Below, piece by piece: positions 10,356 to 20,550 of a DNA stretch of 64,000 nt. Position 1 is the stretch's first letter. Every line of letters begins with the position of its first letter. The position numbers and the translations under genes were made by a program. Where the stretch lies: the IMG/VR virus record IMGVR_UViG_3300031853_000007, positions 48,311-112,310 of that record; one strand, written 5' to 3'. The notes under the pieces are model-generated. The model was not told the DNA's origin and searched no databases. It saw nothing but the letters and a program-made list of their open reading frames with translations. Source of the DNA: a virus. Its lineage: Duplodnaviria; Caudoviricetes.

Positions 10356-10413
10356 GTATATGAGCTTTTTATCCTCATGCTCAGGAGCAAAAAGAGGTGA
10401 AAACATAAGAGAA

Positions 10414-10485
10414 TTGCGCGCTCAAGAATCGAACTCAAAACCGTAGGTCATGACCCTACTCGTGTTACCATTACACCAACGCGCG
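10414..10485 (-). tRNA. tRNA-Met(CAT), initiator-like
   Basis: Cloverleaf with CAT anticodon and C1:A72 mismatch. Confidence 0.8.
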
Positions 10486-10722
10486 ATATAATAAAATGAG
10501 GGCGGGAATAAGTCGAACCTATTCTCCGCCCACTAAATCCAAAGGATTCAGAATGAAGAAAATGGTGACAGCAACGAGTAATTACCTCCGGCTATATTTG
10601 TCATGCAAGCATGAGCGTCCTTTGATTGCTGCCATATAATGCGGTGACAATCGCCACCGCTGATACGTAATATGTGAACTCACCCGCCGAGTTGAAATTG
10701 TTGCGGGGTCACACAATAGTAT

Positions 10723-11004
10723 TTACTTATCGTTGATTGCCTGATTAAGCTTGTGGGAAATCTTAAAGGTATAAGCTACTCTCTCAGGTACCTGAATCTT
10801 CTCGTCAGTCTGAGGGTTTCTACAAACTCTCGCCTTACGCATTCTACGTCTGAAAGTACCGAGATCGGAAAGCAGAATCTTTTCCTCGTCTCCCATCATA
10901 GCCTCACGCAGAACCTCAATAAACGCAGTGTATGCGATATCACAGTTCTCCAGTGTAAAATTAGTCTTCTTAGAAATAGCTCTAAGTATGTCAATCTTTG
11001 TCAT
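10723..11004 (-). CDS. hup: HU-family DNA-binding protein
   Basis: MTKIDI..., LGTF, ARVCRNPQTDEKIQVP. Confidence 0.92.
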   Translation of the reverse strand: MTKIDILRAISKKTNFTLENCDIAYTAFIEVLREAMMGDEEKILLSDLGTFRRRMRKARVCRNPQTDEKIQVPERVAYTFKISHKLNQAINDK

Positions 11005-11030
11005 GTCGTTCTCTCCTTTTGTTCTTGTTC

Positions 11031-12254
11031 TTATAGAATAATCTTATGTGTCTCGTTAAGCCCGAATTTTTTATCGAACCCAAATATCATAGCAGCGGGC
11101 TTGCTTGACTTCATCAACTGCTCTGCGTATGGGTCGTTACCGACGATAGATGGAACTACGACAACTTCTGTGTCATATGCGCCGCAACTATTGCCAGCTA
11201 TAGTCTTACTAGAATGGTAATGTCCCAAGAATGCGTAGTCTATAAACTCCCGACGATAAGATGAGATATCATTCAGGTAGTTATCGACACTCTTGATGCC
11301 ATGACCATGATGTGCGATTATCTTGAATCCGAAGATGGGTATATCAATATACCCACGGTCTGAGGTTGAGTGGATTCGCACGTTTGGATTCTCAGACAGA
11401 ACGTCAATTAGATAATGGTCAATTATGTAAGTGACATCCTCAGCGGCAAGCTCACTTGCTTTGCTACCGAGAGGTCTTGTCTGATTATGATTAGAACGAG
11501 GTACGCTATAATAGTCTATTACGCATTCTTTACTAATCTCGTAAAGGAAGTTTGCTAGAAGTCGGCAGACACCTATGATAGACTTAACAACGCTTGTCTC
11601 ATTAATCTGTAAATCCGTAAGTCTCAATATACCCTGAATCTCATCTCCGAGGTTGAGTATGTTGAGATGCTTCAAATTCTTTTCCCAGATAAAAGCTCTG
11701 GTGTATTCAATCAGTTCCTTGAATCGCTTGTTACACTCCTCGATACTGTAACTATTGGTTTCGGTAACGAAGTGTGAACCATAATGGATATCGGCAATAG
11801 TAAGCAGGTATTCCTTTTCGTCTACGCCGAGGAAGCAGTGACCCGAAAAATCCATAGGCGGAGAGGGTAGCTTCTGCAACCCCTGACCTATCTTTTCGTA
11901 GAACAAATCAAATCTCGCGTCTTGTCTCTTATACCGATTGAGTTCAATCTTTTCCGCATTGACCTTGTAACGTTCAGTTCTAAGGTCTTCGATACGCTTC
12001 TGGATTCTTTCTGAATCGTCGTTCATATCGTCCTTGGTGAACACATCATTATAGAACTGCTTGGCGGCAGCATATCTCTTACGATATGCAGACTCGCCCT
12101 TGTAGCAGTCATCGTCCTCATTATAAAGATTGTAGTTCACGTCAGACAAAACTTCCGTCCAATTCTTATAGTACCCGTCGTCAATCATATTTCCAACGCG
12201 CCACAGATATTGATTCTCGTTTTCGTCGTCTCGCTTCTTTAGGTTATTATCCAT
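11031..12254 (-). CDS. Calcineurin-like metallophosphoesterase
   Basis: ADIHYG, LGD, SNH, HHGH, GHYH motifs. Confidence 0.85.
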   Translation of the reverse strand: MDNNLKKRDDENENQYLWRVGNMIDDGYYKNWTEVLSDVNYNLYNEDDDCYKGESAYRKRYAAAKQFYNDVFTKDDMNDDSERIQKRIEDLRTERYKVNAEKIELNRYKRQDARFDLFYEKIGQGLQKLPSPPMDFSGHCFLGVDEKEYLLTIADIHYGSHFVTETNSYSIEECNKRFKELIEYTRAFIWEKNLKHLNILNLGDEIQGILRLTDLQINETSVVKSIIGVCRLLANFLYEISKECVIDYYSVPRSNHNQTRPLGSKASELAAEDVTYIIDHYLIDVLSENPNVRIHSTSDRGYIDIPIFGFKIIAHHGHGIKSVDNYLNDISSYRREFIDYAFLGHYHSSKTIAGNSCGAYDTEVVVVPSIVGNDPYAEQLMKSSKPAAMIFGFDKKFGLNETHKIIL

Positions 12255-12471
12255 CTCCACCCTCCGATCTTCTTATATCGTCGAGGGCTTTCTTGATATG
12301 CTTTCCTTCCTCACAATAGTATGTCTTGCTGCCAGCGCCCTTCTTGCGGCGCGAGCAAACCTTAATACTGATGTTCGGAAACATCTTTCGCAGTTCAAAG
12401 CTTTCCTTCTGTGTAATTGTATACAAACCTGTATCCCCTTTGTTTCGTAGTAAGAGCGCAAAAATCCGCAC
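12247..12471 (-). CDS. Small hypothetical protein
   Basis: ORF overlapping the next gene start; true start may be a downstream TTG. Confidence 0.5.
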   Translation of the reverse strand: MRIFALLLRNKGDTGLYTITQKESFELRKMFPNISIKVCSRRKKGAGSKTYYCEEGKHIKKALDDIRRSEGGDG

Positions 12472-12580
12472 CCTTCCATAATCATCGAGTTAGAAATTTC
12501 TTAAAACGTGAAAGTTTCGGGCGTTTCCAACAAAAATGGAAAGTTGCGGAATGAAAATATGCGCTGTTTTTGTAATTTTT

Positions 12581-13256
12581 TTACTGCTTAACTTCTATGT
12601 AATTGATTCCGTACAGATGAATAATACCATTTGCGTCCTCTTCGAGATGACCAACAGGCTCCTTGCTAGTTAGTATCAAATCAAAGAAAGCTCCGTTACG
12701 CGAATTAAATAGTATGTTGAGCAGAGACATAGTGATATCTTTGTTCTCAGGCTTCTCTAATTCTTTGAGCAGGAAGTACATTGTACTCGTTGTCATTTTC
12801 AGGTTGGTGATGAAGTCGGAGCAACGTTCCTTAATCTCGGAAACGGCGCGGTACTTCTCTTCACCGCTTGAATGGTTGGCGGCATATACCATCTGTATGT
12901 CAGCCTTGGCTTCGCGTACTACATCCAGTACTCGACGTATCTGGCTGTAGTTCTGCTGACCTTTTTCATACATAGACCTATCTACAATAGCAAGGAATGG
13001 GATCTGAGCTGTTGTACCATCCCATCTATAGCGGGGGATATGAAATCTACGTATCGCCGTCTGTACGTAATCCATTGTCGTGTGATGCTTCTTATAGTTC
13101 TTACGCTTAGAGTTGTAGTACCCTTTGGTTCGGGCAAGGTGTCCGAAGAAGTTAGGTTTGATATACCTATCCTTTTTGTCTTTGCGGAGATACTTCTTTT
13201 TGAGTATCCCGATTTCCTCGGTACTGTCAAGCTGGTATTCTTTCTTTGCTTTATCT
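12581..13256 (-). CDS. YonO-like RNA polymerase, exon 2
   Basis: After splicing, EI|DKAKKEYQLD... continues in frame into the ORF at 12581..13075. Confidence 0.85.
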
Positions 13257-13616
13257 CTTTTGTGTTTGCCGGTGTCGCTAATACCGACGGTTTCCCCTCA
13301 TGCTTTCACATGAGAACAGACTATATCTTCACCATATAAAGGTGTACACCATAGCAGGATGTCAATAGCTTACATTCCCACACTCTTTCGAGTTAGTCGT
13401 TGAGCCTTTCCCTATTCGGGACTTGGTTGCGCGGTTGCCGATTATACCACACTTAGGATTTAACCTTATGCTATACACATTGTTCTTTCTGCTTTCGCCG
13501 CTATCACGCTCAGACATATTTCATTCTCACGTTGTAGCCAATGTGTCTTTACGGGTTTCCCGCAGTTAGATGTATTTATTTATGCACACATTTCTGTATA
13601 CCGAGACCAATAATCA
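13257..13616 (-). ncRNA. Group I intron (360 nt, no ORF) in the RNA polymerase gene
   Basis: P1 GAGAU/GUCUC with U.G at the 5' splice site; P AACTGCGGGAAAC, R CTCAACGACTA, S AAGATATAGTC; terminal G; removal restores the frame. Confidence 0.9.
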
Positions 13617-15721
13617 ATCTCTACATTAGAAAGAATTGCCAATTTAACTATATCATCATACAACTCCTGATTATCTTCAAACGTCTGTCCACTATGTATA
13701 TTGTTCCAGAATAACGTGTTGAGTTCCTGAGACAGATTAACTATCTCACCGATTTTGTTTACGCTGGTCTTTATATCAAGGTCACACTTGTCGCTATTGT
13801 TATAGTAGCGCTTTCTCTTGATAGCAGAAACCAGAGATGTGGGGATGGCAAACTTAGAGTAATTGCGTTCTGCGGCAGCTATCAACAACTTGTTATTAGT
13901 GAGCATCATTGTATCACTATCAAAATCGGCGCCGTTGAGCTTCTCTAATAGATTCTCATTTATGCTATTCACACACACAATTTCTTCGGTAAGGAAGAAG
14001 TAATCGTCTATATGCTTGCTCTCCACGTTATTCGCCAATAGTATGTTACCCGCGCAGATATGCGGACTTCTCGATCCGAGTAACTTCTTTCCATACTCGA
14101 ACCGCACGTTATGTATGTTTCCCACACCCAAATCAGATTCGCCGTTGAATCTTCCGATAGACTGCAACAGCATCTCATATGGATTGCCAAGTAGCGTACT
14201 GTAATTGCCATTTACCAGAACGTGACCCGACATAAGGTTCTTCTTGAACGATACAAGCAAGTCCTTTAGAAAGTCGTGGTACAGTTTAGTCTCGGTAAAC
14301 TTCTCATTGATACCAAGGAGCTGATACACTATGTCGTTCTTATTTGCTATCTCCTCTAAGTTAATGGGCGGATTCTCGGGGTACTTAATATGGTGACGCA
14401 CGACAGCAGGATTGTACCGCAGGTTAGACATATACTCGAAGGACTCCGCAAGTAAACGATCAACTTCCTTTTCCGAAAGCTGTAAAGTGTTGAGCAACTG
14501 ATAGTGTGTCTGAACTAATCTACCATCGAAATAGTGTGTAGGCTTTTCATGCTTTACTACACCAAACGTGGTTTCGAGGTTATCGAGCCACTGGTCGAGC
14601 GTTCCGAACTTTAAGAACTTGATGCTACTCGGCGTGGTTATCAACTTGATGTCCTCAATTGATTTAGCGCGGGTATAACCGTTAAGCTGCGAAACCTCGG
14701 TGATTCCATTATCGGCAAAGAACTTCTGAATGTGGGTAGAAAACGCGGCAGTCTTGAAGAAGCGGTTACGAAGCAGGAGCATACTGTAGTGGCTGTATTT
14801 TCCGTACATCGAATAGTCCATAAGAGTCTGACCGTCCCATATACTGTTGTTTACCTCAACAAAGTCGTTGGTTGTCTGGAGCGAAGTTCCATCATATGAG
14901 ACAGCGGCGGCTCTATCCTTAAACACGCTATTGTAATCGTCGATCACCAGAATGTTTTCAGGCTGTATCTCAATCGTGTCAATGATACTACTGAGTGTCA
15001 GCGATATGTAAGCTTCAAAAGCAGCGAGGTCTATCTCGTCACCGTCGCGGATTTTTAAACCACAGCATTCCCATTTGTGCATACGGCTGTACAGCTTCTC
15101 GTCGATGAACAGACACTTGCCAACGCGGGAGCTACCACTACTGCGCTTGAAACGGATATATTTGATACCGTCGCAGTAGAACCCATTATTATAGAGTTCG
15201 TTACGCAGGTCAGCAACACTATTCAGTACCAAAATATTATCTTTAGCGTAGTACTTCTTATCCTTGACGTAGAAGAACTTACCGAGAACTTCGGGGTCGT
15301 CCACAATCTTGTCCATTTCCTTATTGGTTTGGATAGCAATAAGTTCGCCGTCTTCTATGCAGATACCGTCGGTAAGCGTGATGTCGTTTATGTCGTAGCC
15401 GAACTTAACGTAGATGTCAGAAGTGATTCGGTTATAGAGTTTGTTGCTGTAGTTAAAGTTGACGTTGATGATGCGCTGGGTATACTCCTTTTCGCCTATA
15501 AAAAAAGAAAACCGCTTGTTGCGGTAGACTTTAGTGTATACGTCTCGGAGTTTAAATAGGTCGAGACAGTAATCGAGGTCGCCCGAAAACTTGCGGGGAC
15601 TGATTGAACCATCGCGGCGGCGGATATTATAACCAAGAGGATTTGGCTTGTTATAGTGGTTGGCTATGTAGATATCCTTAGCGTCGAGGTTCAGTATTTT
15701 GATTGACTTGGGTTTACTCAT
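13617..15721 (-). CDS. YonO-like single-subunit (RdRP-fold) DNA-dependent RNA polymerase, exon 1
   Basis: RSSGSSRVGKCLF, RSPH, catalytic NGADFDSD; likely ATG 15721; spliced product about 926 aa. Confidence 0.88.
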
Positions 15722-15785
15722 GTTATCACTCTCCATAAAAAAAGAACGAGCGTTAACTCGTTCGGTCGTGTTATTGTTTTTCCTA

Positions 15786-16595
15786 TTATAGTGGCTGCCA
15801 ATCGTCTGGCAAATCATTTGATAACCTTTCTATTTCTCGCCGTTCCTTTTCACTATCATAGACTCTAAATACAACAGAAGTTACTTTACCACTCGTTATG
15901 ACTTCTTCGTACTTCACCGAAATATCAGTTTTGGTGTTAATCTCGTCTACGGCAACTCCGAGAACTTTGGTGCGAAACCTATTAAAATCCTTTTTGTATC
16001 TTGAAGTCTTAACTCTAAACACATCTTTCATTAAACTATCTACCTGAATCTTCCAAGAAGAACGAAATGCGTTATCTTTTAAATACTGATAAAGATATAT
16101 TGAGTACAAACTCTTCATCGTAATAACATTACGTAGCTGATATCTTACATATCCGATTTGGTCTAAATTAAAGAATAACGGTTTTGCGGTTTCACTACAC
16201 TTTAAGTAAATATACTTTTCGTCTGTTATTTCATCTCTTTTTACTCCTGCACTATCAAATAGATTACAAACAAGAAATCCATCTTCGCTATCTTCAAAAG
16301 GGACTGTTACTTGTAATTTAATAAGGTCTGATAAACTCTTCTGTAACTCCTCAGTTCTAAGTCTTGATACACCAAGCATGTTCTCGTATTCCGATACTTT
16401 GAATGAAACAATAGTCTCGTCTGGATTGTGAGAGTTAATACAACTCATGTATGTATCGAGTACTTTGAATTGACCGATGGTATAATTAATATCCGTAGCT
16501 AGAAGTAGCGGTCTGCTCTTTTGAACTATATGGTTGGAATTAAGTATGGTGGGCTTTGATTCATTTTTCTCTTTCATATTATCATATCCTTTCAT
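15786..16595 (-). CDS. Rep_3-family plasmid replication initiator
   Basis: VQKS..LL, MKSLYSIYLYQYLK, YK.DF.RFR..VL..AV.EIN.KTDI.V.Y motifs; adjacent iterons. Confidence 0.85.
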   Translation of the reverse strand: MKGYDNMKEKNESKPTILNSNHIVQKSRPLLLATDINYTIGQFKVLDTYMSCINSHNPDETIVSFKVSEYENMLGVSRLRTEELQKSLSDLIKLQVTVPFEDSEDGFLVCNLFDSAGVKRDEITDEKYIYLKCSETAKPLFFNLDQIGYVRYQLRNVITMKSLYSIYLYQYLKDNAFRSSWKIQVDSLMKDVFRVKTSRYKKDFNRFRTKVLGVAVDEINTKTDISVKYEEVITSGKVTSVVFRVYDSEKERREIERLSNDLPDDWQPL

Positions 16596-16688
16596 ACATC
16601 GCTCGACATTCTATACACTGACTATACTGTACAAAAAAACGGACTTAAAAGTGAAACTCCGAAATTTTGGGATTTTGCTGGTCGATTT

Positions 16689-16772
16689 TGGATTCTAGGG
16701 GGGAATGCTTGGATTGTAGGGGGGAATGCTTGGATTGTAGGGGGGAACGTATGGATTTCAGGGGGGAATACT
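16689..16772. repeat. Iterons: 4 x 21-bp TGGATTNNAGGGGGGAANNNN
   Basis: Copies start at 16689, 16710, 16731, 16752, directly upstream of rep. Confidence 0.88.
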
Positions 16773-16813
16773 CCCTTGAGAATGCCCAGAATGTTTACGT
16801 TTTCGATACCCCG

Positions 16814-16860
16814 TAATCAAGTATATAATCAAGTATATAATCAGGTTATAATATTATTAA
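16814..16860. repeat. AT-rich 12-bp repeats (TAATCAAGTATA x ~3); probable unwinding element of the origin
   Basis: Direct repeats next to the iterons. Confidence 0.7.
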
Positions 16861-16909
16861 ATCACGTCTCGCAACTGTGTAAATAATTGGACTGTTATTC
16901 TCTTGTAAC

Positions 16910-16933
16910 AAAAAAGTCACCTCGCGGGTGACT
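16910..16933 (-). terminator. Intrinsic terminator
   Basis: AGTCAC-CCGCGAG-GTGACT followed by a T-run on the minus strand. Confidence 0.7.
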
Positions 16934-17378
16934 GAACTTCTATGTCTTTGTATCCTTGACAAGTATACTTGGCAAGGTCGGGTAAGCGTTAGCTTGCACG
17001 AAATAAGCCTCTTATAAATAGAGGGCATGGAGTCACACTATATCGTCGGCGTGACGTATAGCATGACCTCTTAACGTGCGACTCTTACTCTCAATAACTG
17101 CTCATAAGATGATTCCTCTGGTACTAACCCTTTAGCCGCAGTTATTTCGAGTAGTAAGTACGTCACAGCCGAATAAAACTGAGAACGCTCTGAGACGCAC
17201 TGTGCGCGCTTCTGAGTGGTACTTCTCAAAGTAGGGTAAACTTGACGGTCAGTACACGGAAAGCTTGCTGTGGTTGATTCTGGTAGCCTCAGCGTGTACG
17301 TTGCTTTCCTATTGGCGACAGACGTTGTATCGCTCCTTTTCAAGAGCGGCGGTATTCAATTGTAAGGTGCGGTGTTAA

Positions 17379-18110
17379 TTAGTCGAACAGACTATCTGCC
17401 TGATCGTAGTACTTGTCCGTTTCGTCGCGGGTGATGCCGCAGTAATTCAGGGTTACACTCGTGCTGCTGTGGTTGAACATATCCTGTAGGTGAATCAGTG
17501 CCTTGTTGTCGTTGGGGTTATTGTGTATCGTGTTGTAACCGTAGGTCTTCCTCATGGTGTGGGTTCCCATGCTACCAGTGAAGCCGACTTCCTTTGCGGC
17601 TTTCACAAGGATACGGTAGAACTGAGTCTCGTCCATCTTACCCTTGCGTTCGGACTGAATAAGGTAATCATCGAGGGTGTAGGAGTCCAACTCGGCAAGG
17701 TAATCGGCAATTGCCATTTTCACGTTGTTACCAAGGCGGGGGTCGTTATGCTTGTGGGTCTTCTTCTCGCGGATGCTCAGGTAGTTGACGAACGAGCCGT
17801 CGCGGTTAAGTACATCACCGATTCTGAGGTTCAGCAGGTCGCTGACTCTGAGTCCGGTGGTACAGCCGAGCATCCAACCCATGCGGTTGCGGAGCTTGTG
17901 CTTCTTGGACTTACCGTGGGTGCCGAGATAATTAGCGATGGCGGCAACCATCTTTGGGTCACGTATGGGGTCGGAAGCGGTAGCCTTTCTCCTGCCATCT
18001 GAGGTATAGCGCGGATCCCAATTGTCGTGTCTGACGTACTGGCTGATGTCTACCTTCGCGGTAATCGTGGGGTGAACTTCGGGTGTCTTTAATTCATAAG
18101 CTGTGTTCAT
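17379..18110 (-). CDS. Tyrosine recombinase (integrase/resolvase)
   Basis: TGLRVSDLL, EKKT, HTMRKTYGY, FNHSS..VT..Y; ATG 18110 with RBS GAGGAG. Confidence 0.92.
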   Translation of the reverse strand: MNTAYELKTPEVHPTITAKVDISQYVRHDNWDPRYTSDGRRKATASDPIRDPKMVAAIANYLGTHGKSKKHKLRNRMGWMLGCTTGLRVSDLLNLRIGDVLNRDGSFVNYLSIREKKTHKHNDPRLGNNVKMAIADYLAELDSYTLDDYLIQSERKGKMDETQFYRILVKAAKEVGFTGSMGTHTMRKTYGYNTIHNNPNDNKALIHLQDMFNHSSTSVTLNYCGITRDETDKYYDQADSLFD

Positions 18111-18190
18111 AGTTTTCTCCTCTTTCTTTATAACTGTACTTGGTCGGCGGCACCTGTGGTTCGGGGTGTCGCTCTTTCTTCTATGATACA

Positions 18191-18219
18191 ATTATACCAC
18201 AACTCGGCGGAAATGTCAA
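18191..18219 (-). promoter_or_regulatory. SigA promoter of the recombinase gene
   Basis: TTGACA-17 bp-TATAAT with extended -10 TG. Confidence 0.85.
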
Positions 18220-18655
18220 GAGAAATCTGCAATTTTATACCGCAACTTTTGAAAAAATCAGGGCTGGAATTTGGGCGTGAGACGAACTGAGCGGGCTTAT
18301 GCGGCGTGGTTTTTAAACTGATACCCCGCCTCTAATTTTGCGGTAGCGTAGCTTCTGGGAGCTTGTAGGTGCGTTATTTGGCAAAATTTTGCGCGTCGTG
18401 AAATGCGGTTGGCAAAAAACGGCGGTTCCGCGTTAACGAAAAGTTTACATTTTAGTTGAGGTGTAATTTTGTTTGCGAGTTGCAGTAGTTGGGTGGGAGT
18501 GAAAAATGAAAAAGTTGGGGTGAGAAATTGGGGGTTGGAGATAGAGGGGAGTAACTTTCTCTATTAACGCGCGGGTTCCTTTTAGGTATTTTTTATCCAC
18601 CCCGCCCTCTTACAATATATGTGCATTAGTTTGCGAGTGTGTTCATGTTGTGGGG

Positions 18656-18684
18656 TTGCAATATGTGGGGGTATATGATATAAT
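18656..18684 (+). promoter_or_regulatory. SigA-type early promoter
   Basis: TTGCAA-17 bp-TATAAT with TG extension. Confidence 0.7.
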
Positions 18685-19062
18685 GCAATTGTCGGAAGCG
18701 ACATATCGGACAGTGAAAAGACAAGTAACTGTCCCGCCCGCCGTGAAATGATAGTAACGGCAAAGATATCCCGCCCCGCGGAAGCCCCGCGGAAGCCGTG
18801 AAGTGATAGTAACGGCGGCGGCTATCATCTTTAAAGGGTAAACGAAAGACCCCGCCCCGCGGGTGTGACGTATTCACGGAAGCTGAAAAGTTTATAGACA
18901 GTTAATAACGGAAGCCCCGCCCCGCGGGGTATACCGATATTATATAGGGCGGTGTAAAGCCGCCCTCATACCGCGCCGCCCGCCGTGTTAGGCGGGGAGC
19001 GTGTACCATATCAACCCCGCCGCGCTTTGCGTGGTAATACAAATTTTTTGGAGGTATATACA

Positions 19063-20037
19063 ATGTATGCAAATGTTAATGTAAACGCAAAGGAAGCCCG
19101 CCCCGCCCGCCGTATCATCACCGCAAAGGAAGCCGCCGCGCTTTGCGCTAAAGTCCGTGCCGCCGCAAAGGAAGCCGCGGAAGCCGCCGCCGCCGCCGCG
19201 GAAGCGGTAAAGCCTTTAGGAACGGAAGGCGCAGTAATTTACTGGGAAATAGCCGCAAAGACTGCAAAGGCAAAGGCAAAGGAAGCCGCCGCGGAAGCCG
19301 CCCGCGCCGCTGATATCGCAAAGGAAGCGGCAAAGCTAGAAACTCTTAGCCGCTTTACCCCCCGCGCCGCCGCCGCCTTTGCAAAGGAAGCGGAAGCCGC
19401 CGCCGCCGTTGCACGTAATGCCGCAAAGGAAGCCGCGGAAGCCGCCGCGGAAGCGGTGAGGAAGCCCACAACGGCAGAAAAACGCGCCGCCGCGGAAGCC
19501 CGCATTTATGCGGCAATACATGAAGGCGATAAGCCCGCTAACGTTTGGGCGGCTATTTCTGCCGAAGGTTATATTTTGATAAAGCGGGATTATTTTACCG
19601 CGGCTATCGGTGAGGAAGCGGCGAAGGCATACTATGGAAGTATTACCGCACTTTGCGGCAAAGTAACCTCCGCACTTCTTACATATCATACCGCGCCGAA
19701 TGATAGCAACGAAAATAAAGCCTTTGCGGCTTTACGTGAATTTATCAACCGTATCGGCGTTGAATATGGATTTACTACTAATACTGTAAAGGTGTTAGCC
19801 GCCCGCGCCTATACCTTCCGCCGCACATACGGCGAAGGGTACACCGCCGCCGCTTTAGGTAATGCGGGGATAATGCGTGAAGTGTTGGCACATATCACCG
19901 CCGCCGACACCATCAAGGAAGCCGCCGCCGCTAAAGCGGAAGCGGAAGCGCGGAAGGAAGCCCGCCGCCGTGAGCGTAAAGCGGCAAAGCGTGCAAAGGC
20001 GGCAAAAAAAGCCGCCGCCGCAAAAAATAACAAGTGA
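19063..20037 (+). CDS. Ala/Lys/Glu-rich helical protein (324 aa), first rightward gene
   Basis: RBS GGAGGT; AKEAA repeats; followed by a terminator. Confidence 0.8.
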   Translation: MYANVNVNAKEARPARRIITAKEAAALCAKVRAAAKEAAEAAAAAAEAVKPLGTEGAVIYWEIAAKTAKAKAKEAAAEAARAADIAKEAAKLETLSRFTPRAAAAFAKEAEAAAAVARNAAKEAAEAAAEAVRKPTTAEKRAAAEARIYAAIHEGDKPANVWAAISAEGYILIKRDYFTAAIGEEAAKAYYGSITALCGKVTSALLTYHTAPNDSNENKAFAALREFINRIGVEYGFTTNTVKVLAARAYTFRRTYGEGYTAAALGNAGIMREVLAHITAADTIKEAAAAKAEAEARKEARRRERKAAKRAKAAKKAAAAKNNK

Positions 20038-20041
20038 TATC

Positions 20042-20062
20042 AGACCCCTTCGGGGGTCTTTT
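20042..20062 (+). terminator. Intrinsic terminator
   Basis: AGACCCC-TTCG-GGGGTCT-TTT. Confidence 0.85.
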
Positions 20063-20550
20063 ATTACGCGCGCGCACATATACGCGCCCACACGCCTACA
20101 TACATGGAATTTATCCCACATTATGCGCGTGCTATTCAAAATCCCCGCATAGGGGTATACTGTAATAACGCGGGTATAATTAAATTCCCGCGTTTTTGTT
20201 ACGCGCGCACATATACGCGCAAAATTTCAAAATCCCCGCCGACTGTCGGGGTATATTACGCGGGTATGAAAAAAAATCCCGCTATAACGCGCCCGAAGCT
20301 TAAAATGCCGAAGGCGCGCCCATTTTCAAATAAAAAAGCGTTACGGGTGAAGTGCGCCCAAACGCGGAATTGGAGGAATTACCATAATGATAATTATAAT
20401 ATGTAAAAAGGGCGTAGAACGCCTTATGGAAATAGACAGGCAGATTCTGCCTAAACTGTTGGCAGAACTGACAGAAGATGAGTCCGTCAATTATGTTCTT
20501 GACGGAGAAACTGGCGAAGTTATCGCCTAATCAGAAAGGAGAAAACAACT

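Noticed and set aside
16689-16860. CRISPR mini-array
   Set aside because: Repeats are contiguous with no unique spacers and sit beside rep; no CRISPR array was seen anywhere in the window
18593-18601. DnaA-box-like TTATCCACC
   Set aside because: Single imperfect copy about 1.8 kb from the iterons
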